Assembly (NCBI GenBank): GCA_021513695.1
Contig: CP084166.1
Span: 1,280,001 to 1,344,000 of the forward strand
Origin: Candidatus Heimdallarchaeum aukensis
GTDB lineage: Archaea > Asgardarchaeota > Heimdallarchaeia > Heimdallarchaeales > Heimdallarchaeaceae
Direction of reading: 5' to 3'
DNA length: 64,000 nucleotides
In this document: one piece after another, positions 1 to 10,254 of the stretch
How the letters are laid out: the number at the start of each line of letters is the position of its first letter
How positions within the stretch are numbered: position 1 is the first letter of the stretch
Position numbers and translations under genes: made by a program
Notes under the pieces: model-generated
Databases searched by the model: none
What the model was told of the DNA's origin: nothing
Seen by the model: only the letters and a program-made list of their open reading frames with translations

Positions 1-367
1 GCATTTCTTCTATTTCATTTTTTACGAGGATATGTGCTTTTTCAACTAAAGTGGATACACCACTACCCCTGTATCCAAATAATACTGCGTCAAGAAAGAG
101 ATTATTTTGTCTGCTTTTATCTATATCAGCAATTAGAGTAATTATTTTACTTAGATTTGTATTGATTACCCCCTTTTCTATAAGAATGTTTATCTCATCA
201 AAACTCACACTTTGTTCAAAAGGATTTTTCTGAAAACCAAATGCTCTGAAAGGGTCTTGAGAGGAAAATTCTATAGCCTTCGCTCTATCTATTGTTTCTT
301 TCACAAATTTGCGAAGGTTTTCTGGAATTTCCATAATTTTTCCTCTATTGTAATATCTAGAAAACAT
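1..367 (-). CDS. hypothetical protein, 3'-truncated by the window edge (start at ATG complement 367 or 334)
   Basis: Open reading frame on the minus strand runs from ATG at 367 to the window start with no stop. I translated it myself (MFSRYYNRGKIMEIPENLRKFVKE...). It is missing from the ORF track because it runs off the edge. Confidence 0.35.
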   Translation of the reverse strand, partial: MFSRYYNRGKIMEIPENLRKFVKETIDRAKAIEFSSQDPFRAFGFQKNPFEQSVSFDEINILIEKGVINTNLSKIITLIADIDKSRQNNLFLDAVLFGYRGSGVSTLVEKAHILVKNEIEEM

Positions 368-617
368 CTAACCTTTAAACTTTTTCGAATTATTCAAATT
401 ATTCGAAATTTCGACAAAAAAACTAAATATTACGACAAAAAAGGGAACAATAAAAAAAACTATTTTGTTCAAACAGAAAGTATATAGTTATTTTCAAGTT
501 TATTATTATTTGAAGAAATAATCTGAGAAAATTTATAAGTGCATCAATAAAGTAAAAATCAGAGAATGAAAAAATTTATAAGTGGGTGAATAAGTCCTGA
601 GCTTTCGAGACCGAGAA

Positions 618-1160
618 ATGGATGAATGGCAGGTAAGAGCTAGAATTGATCAAGCACTTAACAATTCTACAAAAGTATATGCCATGGAAAATGGGCGGTT
701 AGTAAGATTACATGATGTTATAAAAGTAAGAGAGCTCAACGCATTTCTTGGCTTAATTATTGCTTATTCTGCAGGAAGTTTTATGACAATTGATCGCTTT
801 TATTTAGATAGTTTTCACCCAGTGAGACAAAAAAGAATAATAAATAGATTAAACAGCCACAGTGGTCAAATAAATACTGCATTATTATTGGAATTACTGC
901 GGTTACGGGATAAAACAAAACTTAGTAAATATGATATTATCAGAAAAGTTCAACACAAATATTTCATTAATCAACCCATAGGTACAAGAGACATTACAGA
1001 ATCTCTCAACAGAATGCTAAGAAAAACAATGGTAGATTACTTCTGGTTTGAAGGAAAATACTTTAGAAGATCAAATTTTGACTTGCGTTTAATCGAACTA
1101 CCAAATAATGCAAACTATGATTTTATTAAAATAAATATCGACAATATAATACAATTCTGA
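618..1160 (+). CDS. hypothetical protein
   Basis: 180-aa ORF with no recognisable motif. Confidence 0.35.
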   Translation: MDEWQVRARIDQALNNSTKVYAMENGRLVRLHDVIKVRELNAFLGLIIAYSAGSFMTIDRFYLDSFHPVRQKRIINRLNSHSGQINTALLLELLRLRDKTKLSKYDIIRKVQHKYFINQPIGTRDITESLNRMLRKTMVDYFWFEGKYFRRSNFDLRLIELPNNANYDFIKINIDNIIQF

Positions 1161-1213
1161 GTTTTTTGTCTATCTTTTTGTTTTAAAAAGAAAAAAGAAA
1201 AGATGATTTTTTT

Positions 1214-1675
1214 TTAATCACTAGTTTCTTGTTTTATAGAAGGAGCAATTATGTTTACAGATTGCCAAATATCCTCTTTGTCCAAAAGTAAAACAGGTAG
1301 TCCTCTTATCAAGTCTGGTTCTTTTTTTAGTTCATTCTGTAAAAATGGTGGATAAAATCCTACAAATTTAAAATCATGTTCTTCCAATTCACCTAATAAT
1401 ATTCCTAGTAACATATTATTTGTATCTAAACCTAATATTAAGAAAAAACTATGTTTTGAGAAATCTTCTCCTTCAGGGCTAGATAATTTCACTAATCCCC
1501 CTGAAAGGTGATAATTTTCTTTATTTTTCGATTTTTCTATTATGCTTTGAAAATACTCTGTTTTCAAGATTATATTTGTATTTGTAGCATCATAATAATC
1601 TACAAATTCGAGATCAATTATCGCTTCCTTCCCTTCCTTATCCTTACTTGCTACTGAAGCTTTCCATACTTTCAT
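1214..1675 (-). CDS. hypothetical protein
   Basis: 153-aa ORF with no recognisable motif. Confidence 0.35.
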   Translation of the reverse strand: MKVWKASVASKDKEGKEAIIDLEFVDYYDATNTNIILKTEYFQSIIEKSKNKENYHLSGGLVKLSSPEGEDFSKHSFFLILGLDTNNMLLGILLGELEEHDFKFVGFYPPFLQNELKKEPDLIRGLPVLLLDKEDIWQSVNIIAPSIKQETSD

Positions 1676-1836
1676 TGATTCAATTTCTCTAACACCAATA
1701 AATACTTTTAGAAAGAAACGATTTTGGAGGAATATGTTAGATTCACATTTACTTTTTCGAGTCTTTAGAATGCTATAAACATAGGTTAAACGCAGAATCT
1801 GGATAATTTTATGTTTATCAATGATAATCCTTATGA

Positions 1837-4800
1837 ATGCTTAACCATTCGCACTATTTGATGATAAATCCAATAGATGAAACCAAAGCAAGAAAAGTCT
1901 TTCTCAAATCGCTATTTATTATCACAAGAACATTCTACTATAAAATATTTCAATATTCAAAAATTAAACAGAAGATTGAAACAAGAAAAAACAATATTAA
2001 GTATATCATTGGGGTTCTTATTTCATTAGTATTCATATGGCTAATTCCTTTCTTGCTTCTATTGGATTTCCTTTTAATTCTGTTCCTCCCTAGTCTTCAT
2101 ATTTTTAAACCAATGTTCAAAGCTGGATGGAAGTTTAATCTCATCACTACTGTAGGTGTTGTTTTAGCTGTTTCAATTATTTCTCAGTATGTATTTTTTA
2201 TTTATTCATACCAGTATCAGGCTTTTGAATTATATCTTGAAGATGAACCACGCACATTCATTCAAGCACAAATAGACTCTGTTTATATTCAACCATCTTA
2301 TACTCAGACATATCTCATTGATAGAATAGCAGATATAACTATCCAGGAGATGAATCTTACTAATAACATTCTCCAAAGAGATCTTTTCTTCAAACGAGGA
2401 ACATTTACTTCTACTTATGATCCAATAGCTAAGCAAACATATTTACCAAACTTACCATTAGTTGGATTAACAGATAGATTGAGCCTGTTTTTGTCTAATC
2501 ACCTAACCCAAGGGAGATTCCCAGAGAATAATGGTGAAGTTTTAGCCTTCCTTACTAGTAATTCTTATAATCATTCAACAATAAGAGTAAATAGCACAAT
2601 TAGTTTATACATTCCAATCTCATTGCTAAAACAAGCTTCACTATCTGCACCTCAAGCTCAAACCGAGGTTACAGTTACAGGAATAGTTATTGCTGATAAT
2701 TTAACAGATTTTTCAGTAATTGGAAGTAACAAAGGTATTCCTTTTGATGTTTTTCTAAACTTGTACGAGGGAAATGCGGTTCTCGCACCTTGGATAATTG
2801 CAGCTAGAATTCTTTCTTCAATCCAACTCACCTATGGATTTGCATCTATTTATGAAAATTTATTTTATGATATCGGTACCATTGACACTTTTAATTTAGA
2901 CGGCGAAATTTCAAAGCTTAAAGAGTTAGCTATCAATCTCAAAGATTCTTATCTACAGATGGGAGGATATACTGGAGTAGATATTAATTCTTATCTTCTT
3001 ACAGCATTAGAAGAGTTCAAGGCTGAATATAATTTATATCAAATATTCATGTTTGCTTTTCTTGCACCAATTATAGTTTTAACTTTAATATTAACTATTT
3101 ATGCTGCAAACCTTGTGCGTAAAAAAAGAGAAAGACAGCTTACAATTCTTACTGAAAGAGGAACAACAAAAATAGAAATCGGAAGTTATCTAGCGCTAGA
3201 ATCTCTTATATTTGGAATTATCGCACTATTTTTAGGAATAGCTCTTGGAATACCCATTTCTGCTCTTCTTACAAAGAGTACGGGATTCCTTTCATTTAGT
3301 AATCAGACATCCAGTCTTCAACTAAAAATTCCTTCATTATCTCAAGCATTATTTGGTAGTTTATTAGTTATATTCATTATTCAAACATTTAATGTAATTA
3401 CTTTACTTAAAACTAGAAGCATTGAGGACTATGGTAAAGTGGAGAAAACATTACCTAACTTTTATCGCTACTATGTTGATATTATATTTATTAGTACTGG
3501 AGCCATATTATGGTTTATTTATCAACTTCCTGTGTTGAGTGGTTTCAGGGATAAAACTACTAAAAGCATCGGAATTCCAGCTATGATTGTTCTACTATTT
3601 GGTGTTGTTTTACTCATTCAAAGATTACTTCCCTTATTCTCTAAATTCATATTAAAAATCACACAGTTTCCTAATGATAAAGTAAGAAAAAAGCTTCGAC
3701 TAGATATTTTCTCTTTAGGAATAAAAGAGATAACTCGATATCAATCTAGTTTTGTTAGATCCTCTGTTATTCTTAGTCTTTCATTTGCAATTGTAGTTAG
3801 CGCAATCATCGTCCCTGCTTCTTATCAGAGATTTAACACTGACGGAGCTTATTATGATTTAGGAGCAGATATTGTTATTGAAAATTTTCCATTAGAAAAT
3901 AAATTCTTAATTGGAGAAATAGAAAACCTTACTGAAATTCAATCAACATGTGTAGTAAAATATGCTGCTCTCTCCGATGTTTCGGGTGATTATGCAATTA
4001 CACACGCTATACTAGGAATAGAAGTTAATAAATTCGCCCAAACAGCTTTTTTCAGAGAAGATTTTTCGGATTACTCCCTGGAGGAACTACTGTCACTACT
4101 AAGTGATGACACAACACTACTTGCACAAGAAGATGAGATAAAAATAATAAACAAAGGAGTTGGAGACTCTCTAATACTGGGTTATCGTGCATACAACGAG
4201 ACAAGAAGGGAAACAGATGGTTCACCATTTTATAGATCAAATATAACAGTTGAGATTGCAGGGTTATTCAAATACTGGCCCGTATTAGTTAAAGAAATTT
4301 CAACTACTAATGTTTTATCAATCTTGAACCATTTTGTTGCAAACATCTCAATCTTCAACAAACTTGAATTATCTCCTTTTGAAATTACAGACTACTTATT
4401 GATTAAAGTAAATCAGGGAGAGGATATTGAAGAAGTTACAAAGAAAATAAAAACAGTCGCAGGTTCAAATGTTGATAATGTTTATTCAAAGATTTTTGTT
4501 AGAGAAGGAAGTGCTAGATCATCAATTTTGTACTCTGCGATAAACTCTACTCTAATAATGTCGTTTACAATTAATTCTTTAATTATAGCACTCTACGCTT
4601 CTGTACAATTAATTGAAAGATCGAGAGAGATAGCAACTATGAAAGCAATTGGAGTTTCTAAAACACAGCTATTATTGCTTTTTCTATCTGAGTACGCAAC
4701 ATTACTAATTTTCTCAACTATTATGGGATTGCTAAGTGGTCTATTTTCTTCGTGGATGTTGATGAACATTATTACAATAAATCGTTCTATTCCTCCATTT

Positions 4801-4935
4801 ATCATGAAGTTTCCTGCATTCTATATTGCCTTAGTAGCTATTATTTTGTTTTTAACCGCATTTATTGGAGCACTTATCCCCTCTTTAACTGCAACTAACA
4901 AAAACATTGGAACAGATTTAAGGCAGTCAAGTTAA
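1837..4935 (+). CDS. ABC transporter permease, MacB/FtsX-like with two FtsX-type membrane modules and two large extracytoplasmic loops
   Basis: 1032 aa. There are N-terminal TM helices, and the repeated TM clusters carry an FtsX-like signature (…MKAIGVSKTQLLLLFLSEYATLLIF…). An ABC ATPase gene starts 13 bp downstream. Confidence 0.65.
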   Translation: MLNHSHYLMINPIDETKARKVFLKSLFIITRTFYYKIFQYSKIKQKIETRKNNIKYIIGVLISLVFIWLIPFLLLLDFLLILFLPSLHIFKPMFKAGWKFNLITTVGVVLAVSIISQYVFFIYSYQYQAFELYLEDEPRTFIQAQIDSVYIQPSYTQTYLIDRIADITIQEMNLTNNILQRDLFFKRGTFTSTYDPIAKQTYLPNLPLVGLTDRLSLFLSNHLTQGRFPENNGEVLAFLTSNSYNHSTIRVNSTISLYIPISLLKQASLSAPQAQTEVTVTGIVIADNLTDFSVIGSNKGIPFDVFLNLYEGNAVLAPWIIAARILSSIQLTYGFASIYENLFYDIGTIDTFNLDGEISKLKELAINLKDSYLQMGGYTGVDINSYLLTALEEFKAEYNLYQIFMFAFLAPIIVLTLILTIYAANLVRKKRERQLTILTERGTTKIEIGSYLALESLIFGIIALFLGIALGIPISALLTKSTGFLSFSNQTSSLQLKIPSLSQALFGSLLVIFIIQTFNVITLLKTRSIEDYGKVEKTLPNFYRYYVDIIFISTGAILWFIYQLPVLSGFRDKTTKSIGIPAMIVLLFGVVLLIQRLLPLFSKFILKITQFPNDKVRKKLRLDIFSLGIKEITRYQSSFVRSSVILSLSFAIVVSAIIVPASYQRFNTDGAYYDLGADIVIENFPLENKFLIGEIENLTEIQSTCVVKYAALSDVSGDYAITHAILGIEVNKFAQTAFFREDFSDYSLEELLSLLSDDTTLLAQEDEIKIINKGVGDSLILGYRAYNETRRETDGSPFYRSNITVEIAGLFKYWPVLVKEISTTNVLSILNHFVANISIFNKLELSPFEITDYLLIKVNQGEDIEEVTKKIKTVAGSNVDNVYSKIFVREGSARSSILYSAINSTLIMSFTINSLIIALYASVQLIERSREIATMKAIGVSKTQLLLLFLSEYATLLIFSTIMGLLSGLFSSWMLMNIITINRSIPPFIMKFPAFYIALVAIILFLTAFIGALIPSLTATNKNIGTDLRQSS

Positions 4936-4947
4936 GAAGGTGAAAAA

Positions 4948-5796
4948 ATGTCATTCATTGAAATTCAAGATCTAATCAAAATTTATGAAAGTAAAGAAAC
5001 ATTCATTCGAGTTCCTGCTCTCCGAGGAATAGAACTACAAGTAAAAAAAGGAGAATTTATATCTATAATAGGCCCTTCAGGGAGTGGAAAAACAACTCTA
5101 CTTTTAATTCTTGCAGGAATGACAGAACCTTCAGCTGGTTATGTAAGAGTAGATGATATCCAAATTGACAAGTTAGATGATACTCAAAGAGCATATTATA
5201 GAAGAAATCATGTTGGTACACTATGGCAACTTCCAACTAGAAATTTGATTTGGGAGTTACCTATTATTGAAAATGTTGAACTACCTATGAGACTATTAGG
5301 AGTAACAAGAGAAGAGAGAAAAAAACGAGCAAAAGAACTTTTAAAGGAAGTGGGCCTAGAACATAGAATAGAACACAAACCTCCACAACTAAGTGGAGGA
5401 GAAGTGCAAAGAGCAGGCTTAGCTACAGCACTCGCTCATCAACCAAAGCTTCTACTTGCTGATGAACCAACTGGAGAATTAGATTCACACACAGCAGAAG
5501 AGTTGCTTATCTACTTTAGAGATCTCAATAAGAGTTATGGAATCACTGCTATCATGGTTACACATGACTATTTCGTAGCATCAAAGACAAACAAAATTGT
5601 TCAAATTGTTGATGGAAGAATTTCGGGATATAACCCTGCAAGAGAACTAGAATCACTTATTGATATGGATAAGGTTTATATTGATAGATATGGTTGTATT
5701 CAACTTCCCAGACATATTGTTGAACAAATAGAAACACAAAAAGAGATTAAAGTATCAATGGAAAATGGTAAAATAATTCTAGAACAAAATAATTAA
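4948..5796 (+). CDS. ABC transporter ATP-binding protein (MacB/LolD-type)
   Basis: Walker A GPSGSGKTT, ABC signature LSGGEVQRAGLATAL, Walker B LLLADEPTGELD. Confidence 0.9.
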   Translation: MSFIEIQDLIKIYESKETFIRVPALRGIELQVKKGEFISIIGPSGSGKTTLLLILAGMTEPSAGYVRVDDIQIDKLDDTQRAYYRRNHVGTLWQLPTRNLIWELPIIENVELPMRLLGVTREERKKRAKELLKEVGLEHRIEHKPPQLSGGEVQRAGLATALAHQPKLLLADEPTGELDSHTAEELLIYFRDLNKSYGITAIMVTHDYFVASKTNKIVQIVDGRISGYNPARELESLIDMDKVYIDRYGCIQLPRHIVEQIETQKEIKVSMENGKIILEQNN

Positions 5797-5831
5797 ATTA
5801 TCAATGAGAAAACAGACACAAGCTGATAAAT

Positions 5832-6101
5832 ATGAAGCTTAAAAAGGGCAATAAAAAAGAAAAAGATGAAAAAGAAAAACCTGACAGGTTACTTGACCTA
5901 ATTATCATCAAAATGATGCTTGCTCTAACTTTAAGTGTCGTATTTTTATTTGGAGGGGGGACAATGTTTATTTATGCTTCTTTTAACAACATTGAAATTG
6001 AGGGATATAGTTCCATCTTTGGCTCAATTTTTGGAGTTCATATAGCAATTTTAATGCTTTATTATTCTGTTTCACTTTTCAAGTATATAGTTTCTGATTA
6101 G
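5832..6101 (+). CDS. small membrane protein, hypothetical
   Basis: 89 aa with a K/E-rich N-terminus and two hydrophobic helices. It is co-oriented directly after the ABC genes. Confidence 0.3.
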   Translation: MKLKKGNKKEKDEKEKPDRLLDLIIIKMMLALTLSVVFLFGGGTMFIYASFNNIEIEGYSSIFGSIFGVHIAILMLYYSVSLFKYIVSD

Positions 6102-6113
6102 GAGAATAAAATA

Positions 6114-6845
6114 ATGTTTGGGAAAAGAGAGAAAGACAAAAAAAAGAAAAAAAAAGAAATCGATTACATACACTTAACAAGAAATGAAAAAATAAAAAAG
6201 ATAATTATTTTCACAATAAAATCCGGTTTAGGAACTATTGGAACAATTGTTGTAATAAGCGTTATTTTATATTTATTCCATTACGACCCATTTTTCTTTT
6301 TTGAAAGATCGATTCTAATTATTTCTGCATTTATTCTTTTAACAGGAGGATGTATCGGAGGTCTAGGTCGGTACCACCCATCTCCTAAATTGAGAATAAT
6401 TGAACCAGAAGACCAAGGAGTTATTCCTCCTTCTTTTAGAATCAAAGTAAAGTATGACAAAGACCTAATCCAAAAAGAAACAATTACAATTAAAGTAAAT
6501 GAAAAAGAGATGCCTAAAAAAGAAGAAAAAGATGATGTAATTTCTGTTCCGAAAATATTCAAGACAGAACCAAAGAAGGCAATTCCTCTAGATATTAATG
6601 TTGTTGCTCTCAATAATAAAGGAAAGGAAATTAAAGACCAAATTAAAGTTATATGCGATCCTGATGAAGACCCTGAAGACTATGAAGATTACTGGGAATT
6701 CAAAAAAGATAATTATTGGACTAAAGAAACAAAATCAGCAAACAGATCTGCAAAACAAGGATTACGAGCTTTAAAATTAATATCACTCTCTATAACTTTA
6801 CTACTCATTAATGCTCTAGTTACAGCTATTAGAGGATGGGTATAA
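6114..6845 (+). CDS. membrane protein, hypothetical (poly-K N-terminus, acidic DPDEDPEDYEDY segment, C-terminal TM)
   Basis: 243 aa with several hydrophobic segments. An RBS-like GGAG lies upstream. Confidence 0.35.
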   Translation: MFGKREKDKKKKKKEIDYIHLTRNEKIKKIIIFTIKSGLGTIGTIVVISVILYLFHYDPFFFFERSILIISAFILLTGGCIGGLGRYHPSPKLRIIEPEDQGVIPPSFRIKVKYDKDLIQKETITIKVNEKEMPKKEEKDDVISVPKIFKTEPKKAIPLDINVVALNNKGKEIKDQIKVICDPDEDPEDYEDYWEFKKDNYWTKETKSANRSAKQGLRALKLISLSITLLLINALVTAIRGWV

Positions 6846-6963
6846 AATTCTAATTAAGGAGGGAGATTTTAAAATTTCTATTTGCATTCTAGTGCACACA
6901 CGTAATAACCAACACTTTAAATATTTATTTTGAGGATATAAATTTAAGAATTAATTTTTATAA

Positions 6964-9198
6964 ATGTTAAGAGGTCGAAAATTGAATAAAAAAACAGTAT
7001 ACATTATAATTTGGAATATACTATCTATTTACATTTTGGTTTCTAGTTTATCATACCATAATGTAATTGCTGAAGATATAACAATAAATGAAAATAGTGG
7101 TGTTTCACCAAAAGATTTGTTTTTGAAAGACCCTACTAATCCTACTCAAGTATTGAAAGCAGAAATAAATCAGAAAAAAGATCAACTTGTTAGCTTTTCT
7201 CCAAGAGTATCGAATGACAAAGAATTTTCTGATGCATTAGATGATGAGAGGAGTTTCTGGACAATTCAGAGTTTTAATAGCTATCCTTATACATATGTTC
7301 AAATTACGGCAACATTATTGGCTATTGGAGACCACACTTATGTCTATGTTGCAAATAGTGTAATTAATAATGTAGGAAAATCTACTGCACAATCAAAAGC
7401 TGAAACTTACAGAGATGAATTTGATGATGTTATTTATCCATCAGATACGTTATACTTTGGCTCTCCTGATGGATATCTAGGAGATATTGATGGTGACCCA
7501 AAAGTAACCATGTTATTACTATCTCTTGATGGGGGTGTTGCTGGTTATTTTGATCCTATTAACGAGTACGTTGACTCGAATTCGAATCAAAGAGAAATGA
7601 TTTATGTCAATTATGATATGTCAGATATTCAATATAGCTTTGCTGTTATTGCCCATGAATTTCAGCATTTAATACATTTTAATCATGATCAAGATGAACT
7701 ATGGTTTATTGATGAAGGGTGTTCTGAATTTGCAACTTATGCCGCTGGATATTGGGCTGGAAATGACAATCTGACTTATTTTGCTGAAGATAATTTTGCA
7801 AATAATCCCATAGATTCTTTGCTTTATTGGAATTACGATAGTGAAGGAGGATACGATGTTAGAATCGATTATGGTGGAGCATATTTGTTTATATTTTATC
7901 TGGCAGAGAAATATGGCTTTCAAATAATTGAAACTTTAGTTGCTGAAACAGCAAACGGAGCTCAAGGAGTTGAAAATGCTCTCATTGATGAAGAGATTCC
8001 TCTCACATTCAACGATTTATATCTAAATTGGATCACTGCATTGACTATCGATGCACCGAATATTGAAGGCGGATTATATGGGTTCGTGAATTTAGACATT
8101 CAAATAAAAGTTAAGACTGAAATTTCAAATGTTCCTACAGAAAGTAATAATGAATTGCATAGATATTATGGTATCCATGTAACTAAAATTACATCCGGAA
8201 GCGATAATATATTCTTTGAAATTTCAGGTTCTGACCAATATGCAATAGGCTTTTCAATTGCAGTTTTGGATTCTGAGGGCTGGCATATTAATCAGTCAAT
8301 AAGTGACATTTCAACTGAATCTAAATTGGAGATAATACAAGGAAAAGACATTTTGCGCATTTATGTTATTACAAGTTTATTAGATCCTGACACACCTTTT
8401 GTTGACAGTAATGATCAATTTGGATTAGGTCCTTACGAATATCTGGACTTGAACATATATGTAGGCAATCCATTATCTATCCAAAATGTACATTCAACTT
8501 ATGAAGAATCAACATGGACATACATTATTTCTGGAGTACGTATTTATGATGTAAACAATACAGAACTCGATAACACTTCTCAAATTGATGTTTTCGTAGA
8601 ATTTAAGGGAAGCGAAGGATTTCAAATGATAAAATCGCTAAATTATTCAGATACAGATTATTGGAATGGTCAATTTTCATTACAAAGTTTTTCAGAAGAT
8701 ACTTATTCAGTAAAACTTTTTGCTAAAAATAGTTCAGCTTTTGGAAGAATCAATCTAGCCGACATTATTGTTGAACACATCATTACTGTAGAAAAACCAT
8801 CTATTGAAATTTCAGGAGATTACTTAGTTATAACTGTTGGAGCTTCTTACACTCAACTTAATGGTTGGGAAAATTTCACTAAATATGCCGAGGTAAAAGC
8901 AGTTATCTATGACATTTCTTCAAGTACTCCTGCAGATGTAATTGATTTATCTTATGACTCTGGATTAGATAAATGGACTAGTGGAAGCTACTATTATGCA
9001 AATCTTACTTATGGTGATTATTACGTGTCTGTAACTTTTAAATATGGTTACCGAACTGTCACATCAAATAATTCAGATATTTTTTCAATCGAGACAGAAG
9101 ACACTACACCTCCAAGCTTTACTCCTTTCCCATTAATATCGACAACTTTAGCAATTGCCACCCTTGTTGCTGTTTTAACCCTGAAAAAGCGAAAATAA
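6964..9198 (+). CDS. secreted zinc metallopeptidase, MA clan (M1-like / Peptidase_MA_2-like), C-terminal membrane anchor
   Basis: N-terminal signal/TM. HEFQH…(16 aa)…WFIDEGCSEFA matches the gluzincin HExxH-x18-E pattern, with the second glutamate inside an M1-like xNEGxA context. C-terminal …PFPLISTTLAIATLVAVLTLKKRK. Confidence 0.6.
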   Translation: MLRGRKLNKKTVYIIIWNILSIYILVSSLSYHNVIAEDITINENSGVSPKDLFLKDPTNPTQVLKAEINQKKDQLVSFSPRVSNDKEFSDALDDERSFWTIQSFNSYPYTYVQITATLLAIGDHTYVYVANSVINNVGKSTAQSKAETYRDEFDDVIYPSDTLYFGSPDGYLGDIDGDPKVTMLLLSLDGGVAGYFDPINEYVDSNSNQREMIYVNYDMSDIQYSFAVIAHEFQHLIHFNHDQDELWFIDEGCSEFATYAAGYWAGNDNLTYFAEDNFANNPIDSLLYWNYDSEGGYDVRIDYGGAYLFIFYLAEKYGFQIIETLVAETANGAQGVENALIDEEIPLTFNDLYLNWITALTIDAPNIEGGLYGFVNLDIQIKVKTEISNVPTESNNELHRYYGIHVTKITSGSDNIFFEISGSDQYAIGFSIAVLDSEGWHINQSISDISTESKLEIIQGKDILRIYVITSLLDPDTPFVDSNDQFGLGPYEYLDLNIYVGNPLSIQNVHSTYEESTWTYIISGVRIYDVNNTELDNTSQIDVFVEFKGSEGFQMIKSLNYSDTDYWNGQFSLQSFSEDTYSVKLFAKNSSAFGRINLADIIVEHIITVEKPSIEISGDYLVITVGASYTQLNGWENFTKYAEVKAVIYDISSSTPADVIDLSYDSGLDKWTSGSYYYANLTYGDYYVSVTFKYGYRTVTSNNSDIFSIETEDTTPPSFTPFPLISTTLAIATLVAVLTLKKRK

Positions 9199-9201
9199 CT
9201 C

Positions 9202-9216
9202 TTTTTTCTTTTTTTT
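9202..9216 (+). terminator. oligo-T tract downstream of the metallopeptidase gene (archaeal-type intrinsic terminator candidate)
   Basis: cttttttcttttttttt lies immediately after the stop codon. Confidence 0.3.
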
Positions 9217-9223
9217 AAAAAAA

Positions 9224-9335
9224 TTAGTACTTCCGAATTATCTCAAAAAGTATGAATTGAGAACACGCCAATGATAGTATGAACTCCTATAATTTTAACT
9301 TATAGAAATCAGTCAACTTATTGCGGAAGTACTAA
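9224..9335. mobile_element. MITE-like element copy A (~112 bp, 12-bp terminal inverted repeats TTAGTACTTCCG…CGGAAGTACTAA)
   Basis: The terminal inverted repeats are read directly from the sequence. A near-identical copy (1 mismatch) is present in reverse orientation at 33479-33590. Non-coding, AT-rich, with an internal sub-palindrome. Confidence 0.6.
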
Positions 9336-9378
9336 AAAATCTAATAATGTTTAAATATATCGAAACCAATTTTTTATT

Positions 9379-10137
9379 ATGAGTCAATCAGAGCTCCAGT
9401 TATCAGATATTTTTAGCGTAGATAAAGATGGAAAGCCCACAATCAAAATTGTTCTTTTTGGTCCCACCTTAGCTGGAAAAACCAGTATGCTTACCGTTTT
9501 TAATGCTTTAAGAAGAATGGAAGATCCAGATCTTATTGTAAGTTCTCTTACCAAAATCCAAGAATATGGTCGAACAGTTTTCTTTGATCACTCTGTTTTT
9601 CAAACACCACCTTTCAAAGGTAAGAAATTTGATCGTCTTCGTTATCATCTATGGACAGTTCCTGGGGAAGAGAGACATAAGGCCCAAAGAGATATTGTTA
9701 TGAGAGGTGTAGATGCTGTTTTACTATTTTTAAATTTTGAAAAAACTGCTTGGGATTCAAATGTTAAAACAGTGAAAGAAGCAAAAGCAAAAATAGGAGA
9801 AAAATTCGGGAAAAAGATTCCAGTTGTTGCGTATATTAATAAATCAGACCTTCCTCCTGAAGAGCGTACAGATAAGCGTGCGTTTATTACATTTTTACAA
9901 GATATTGAAGCTATTCCAAAAGAGAATGTTGCAAACTATATTATGACTGGTAGTTGTCTTAATGCTCGTAATGACTTATTAACCATCTTAAAATCAGAAA
10001 ATCGTGATGAATACCTTGAAAATGAAAGATTGAAAACTAGTAAGCGTCCTGATTCAGTTTGGTTAGTGGTACGACCTATTCAAAAGCTTACACAATTAGT
10101 CGTACAGCAAAGAATGGAAGTTCTACAAGGCATATAA
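9379..10137 (+). CDS. MglA-like small GTPase (Ras superfamily)
   Basis: P-loop KIVLFGPTLAGKTSML. G3 motif is TVPGE, the MglA-type TxxG(Q) variant with Thr in place of the canonical Asp and Glu at the MglA Gln position, within YHLWTVPGEERHKAQRDIVMRGVDAVLLF. G4 motif NKSD. Confidence 0.7.
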   Translation: MSQSELQLSDIFSVDKDGKPTIKIVLFGPTLAGKTSMLTVFNALRRMEDPDLIVSSLTKIQEYGRTVFFDHSVFQTPPFKGKKFDRLRYHLWTVPGEERHKAQRDIVMRGVDAVLLFLNFEKTAWDSNVKTVKEAKAKIGEKFGKKIPVVAYINKSDLPPEERTDKRAFITFLQDIEAIPKENVANYIMTGSCLNARNDLLTILKSENRDEYLENERLKTSKRPDSVWLVVRPIQKLTQLVVQQRMEVLQGI

Positions 10138-10254
10138 CCTTTTTTTATCTTTTTTTCACGATGTTTATATAGTATTTTCTAGATTATTGTTTAAAGTAAA
10201 TCAAGTGTCTAATTCGATACTTATAATGTAGTAAATATAAAAGGAGTAGATAAA

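Noticed and set aside
2230-2436. Short antisense or overlapping ORFs inside large genes (also 4052-4240, 4593-4805, 6281-6613, 7699-7923, 16795-17028, 17943-18257, 23127-23504, 34688-35019, 35813-36037, 39260-39490, 43210-43533, 53249-53917, 56178-56573, 56765-57046, 57818-58015, 59186-59380, 59647-59874, 61444-61686)
   Set aside because: All are embedded in longer ORFs with recognisable domains on the other strand or frame. None has an independent RBS or motif.
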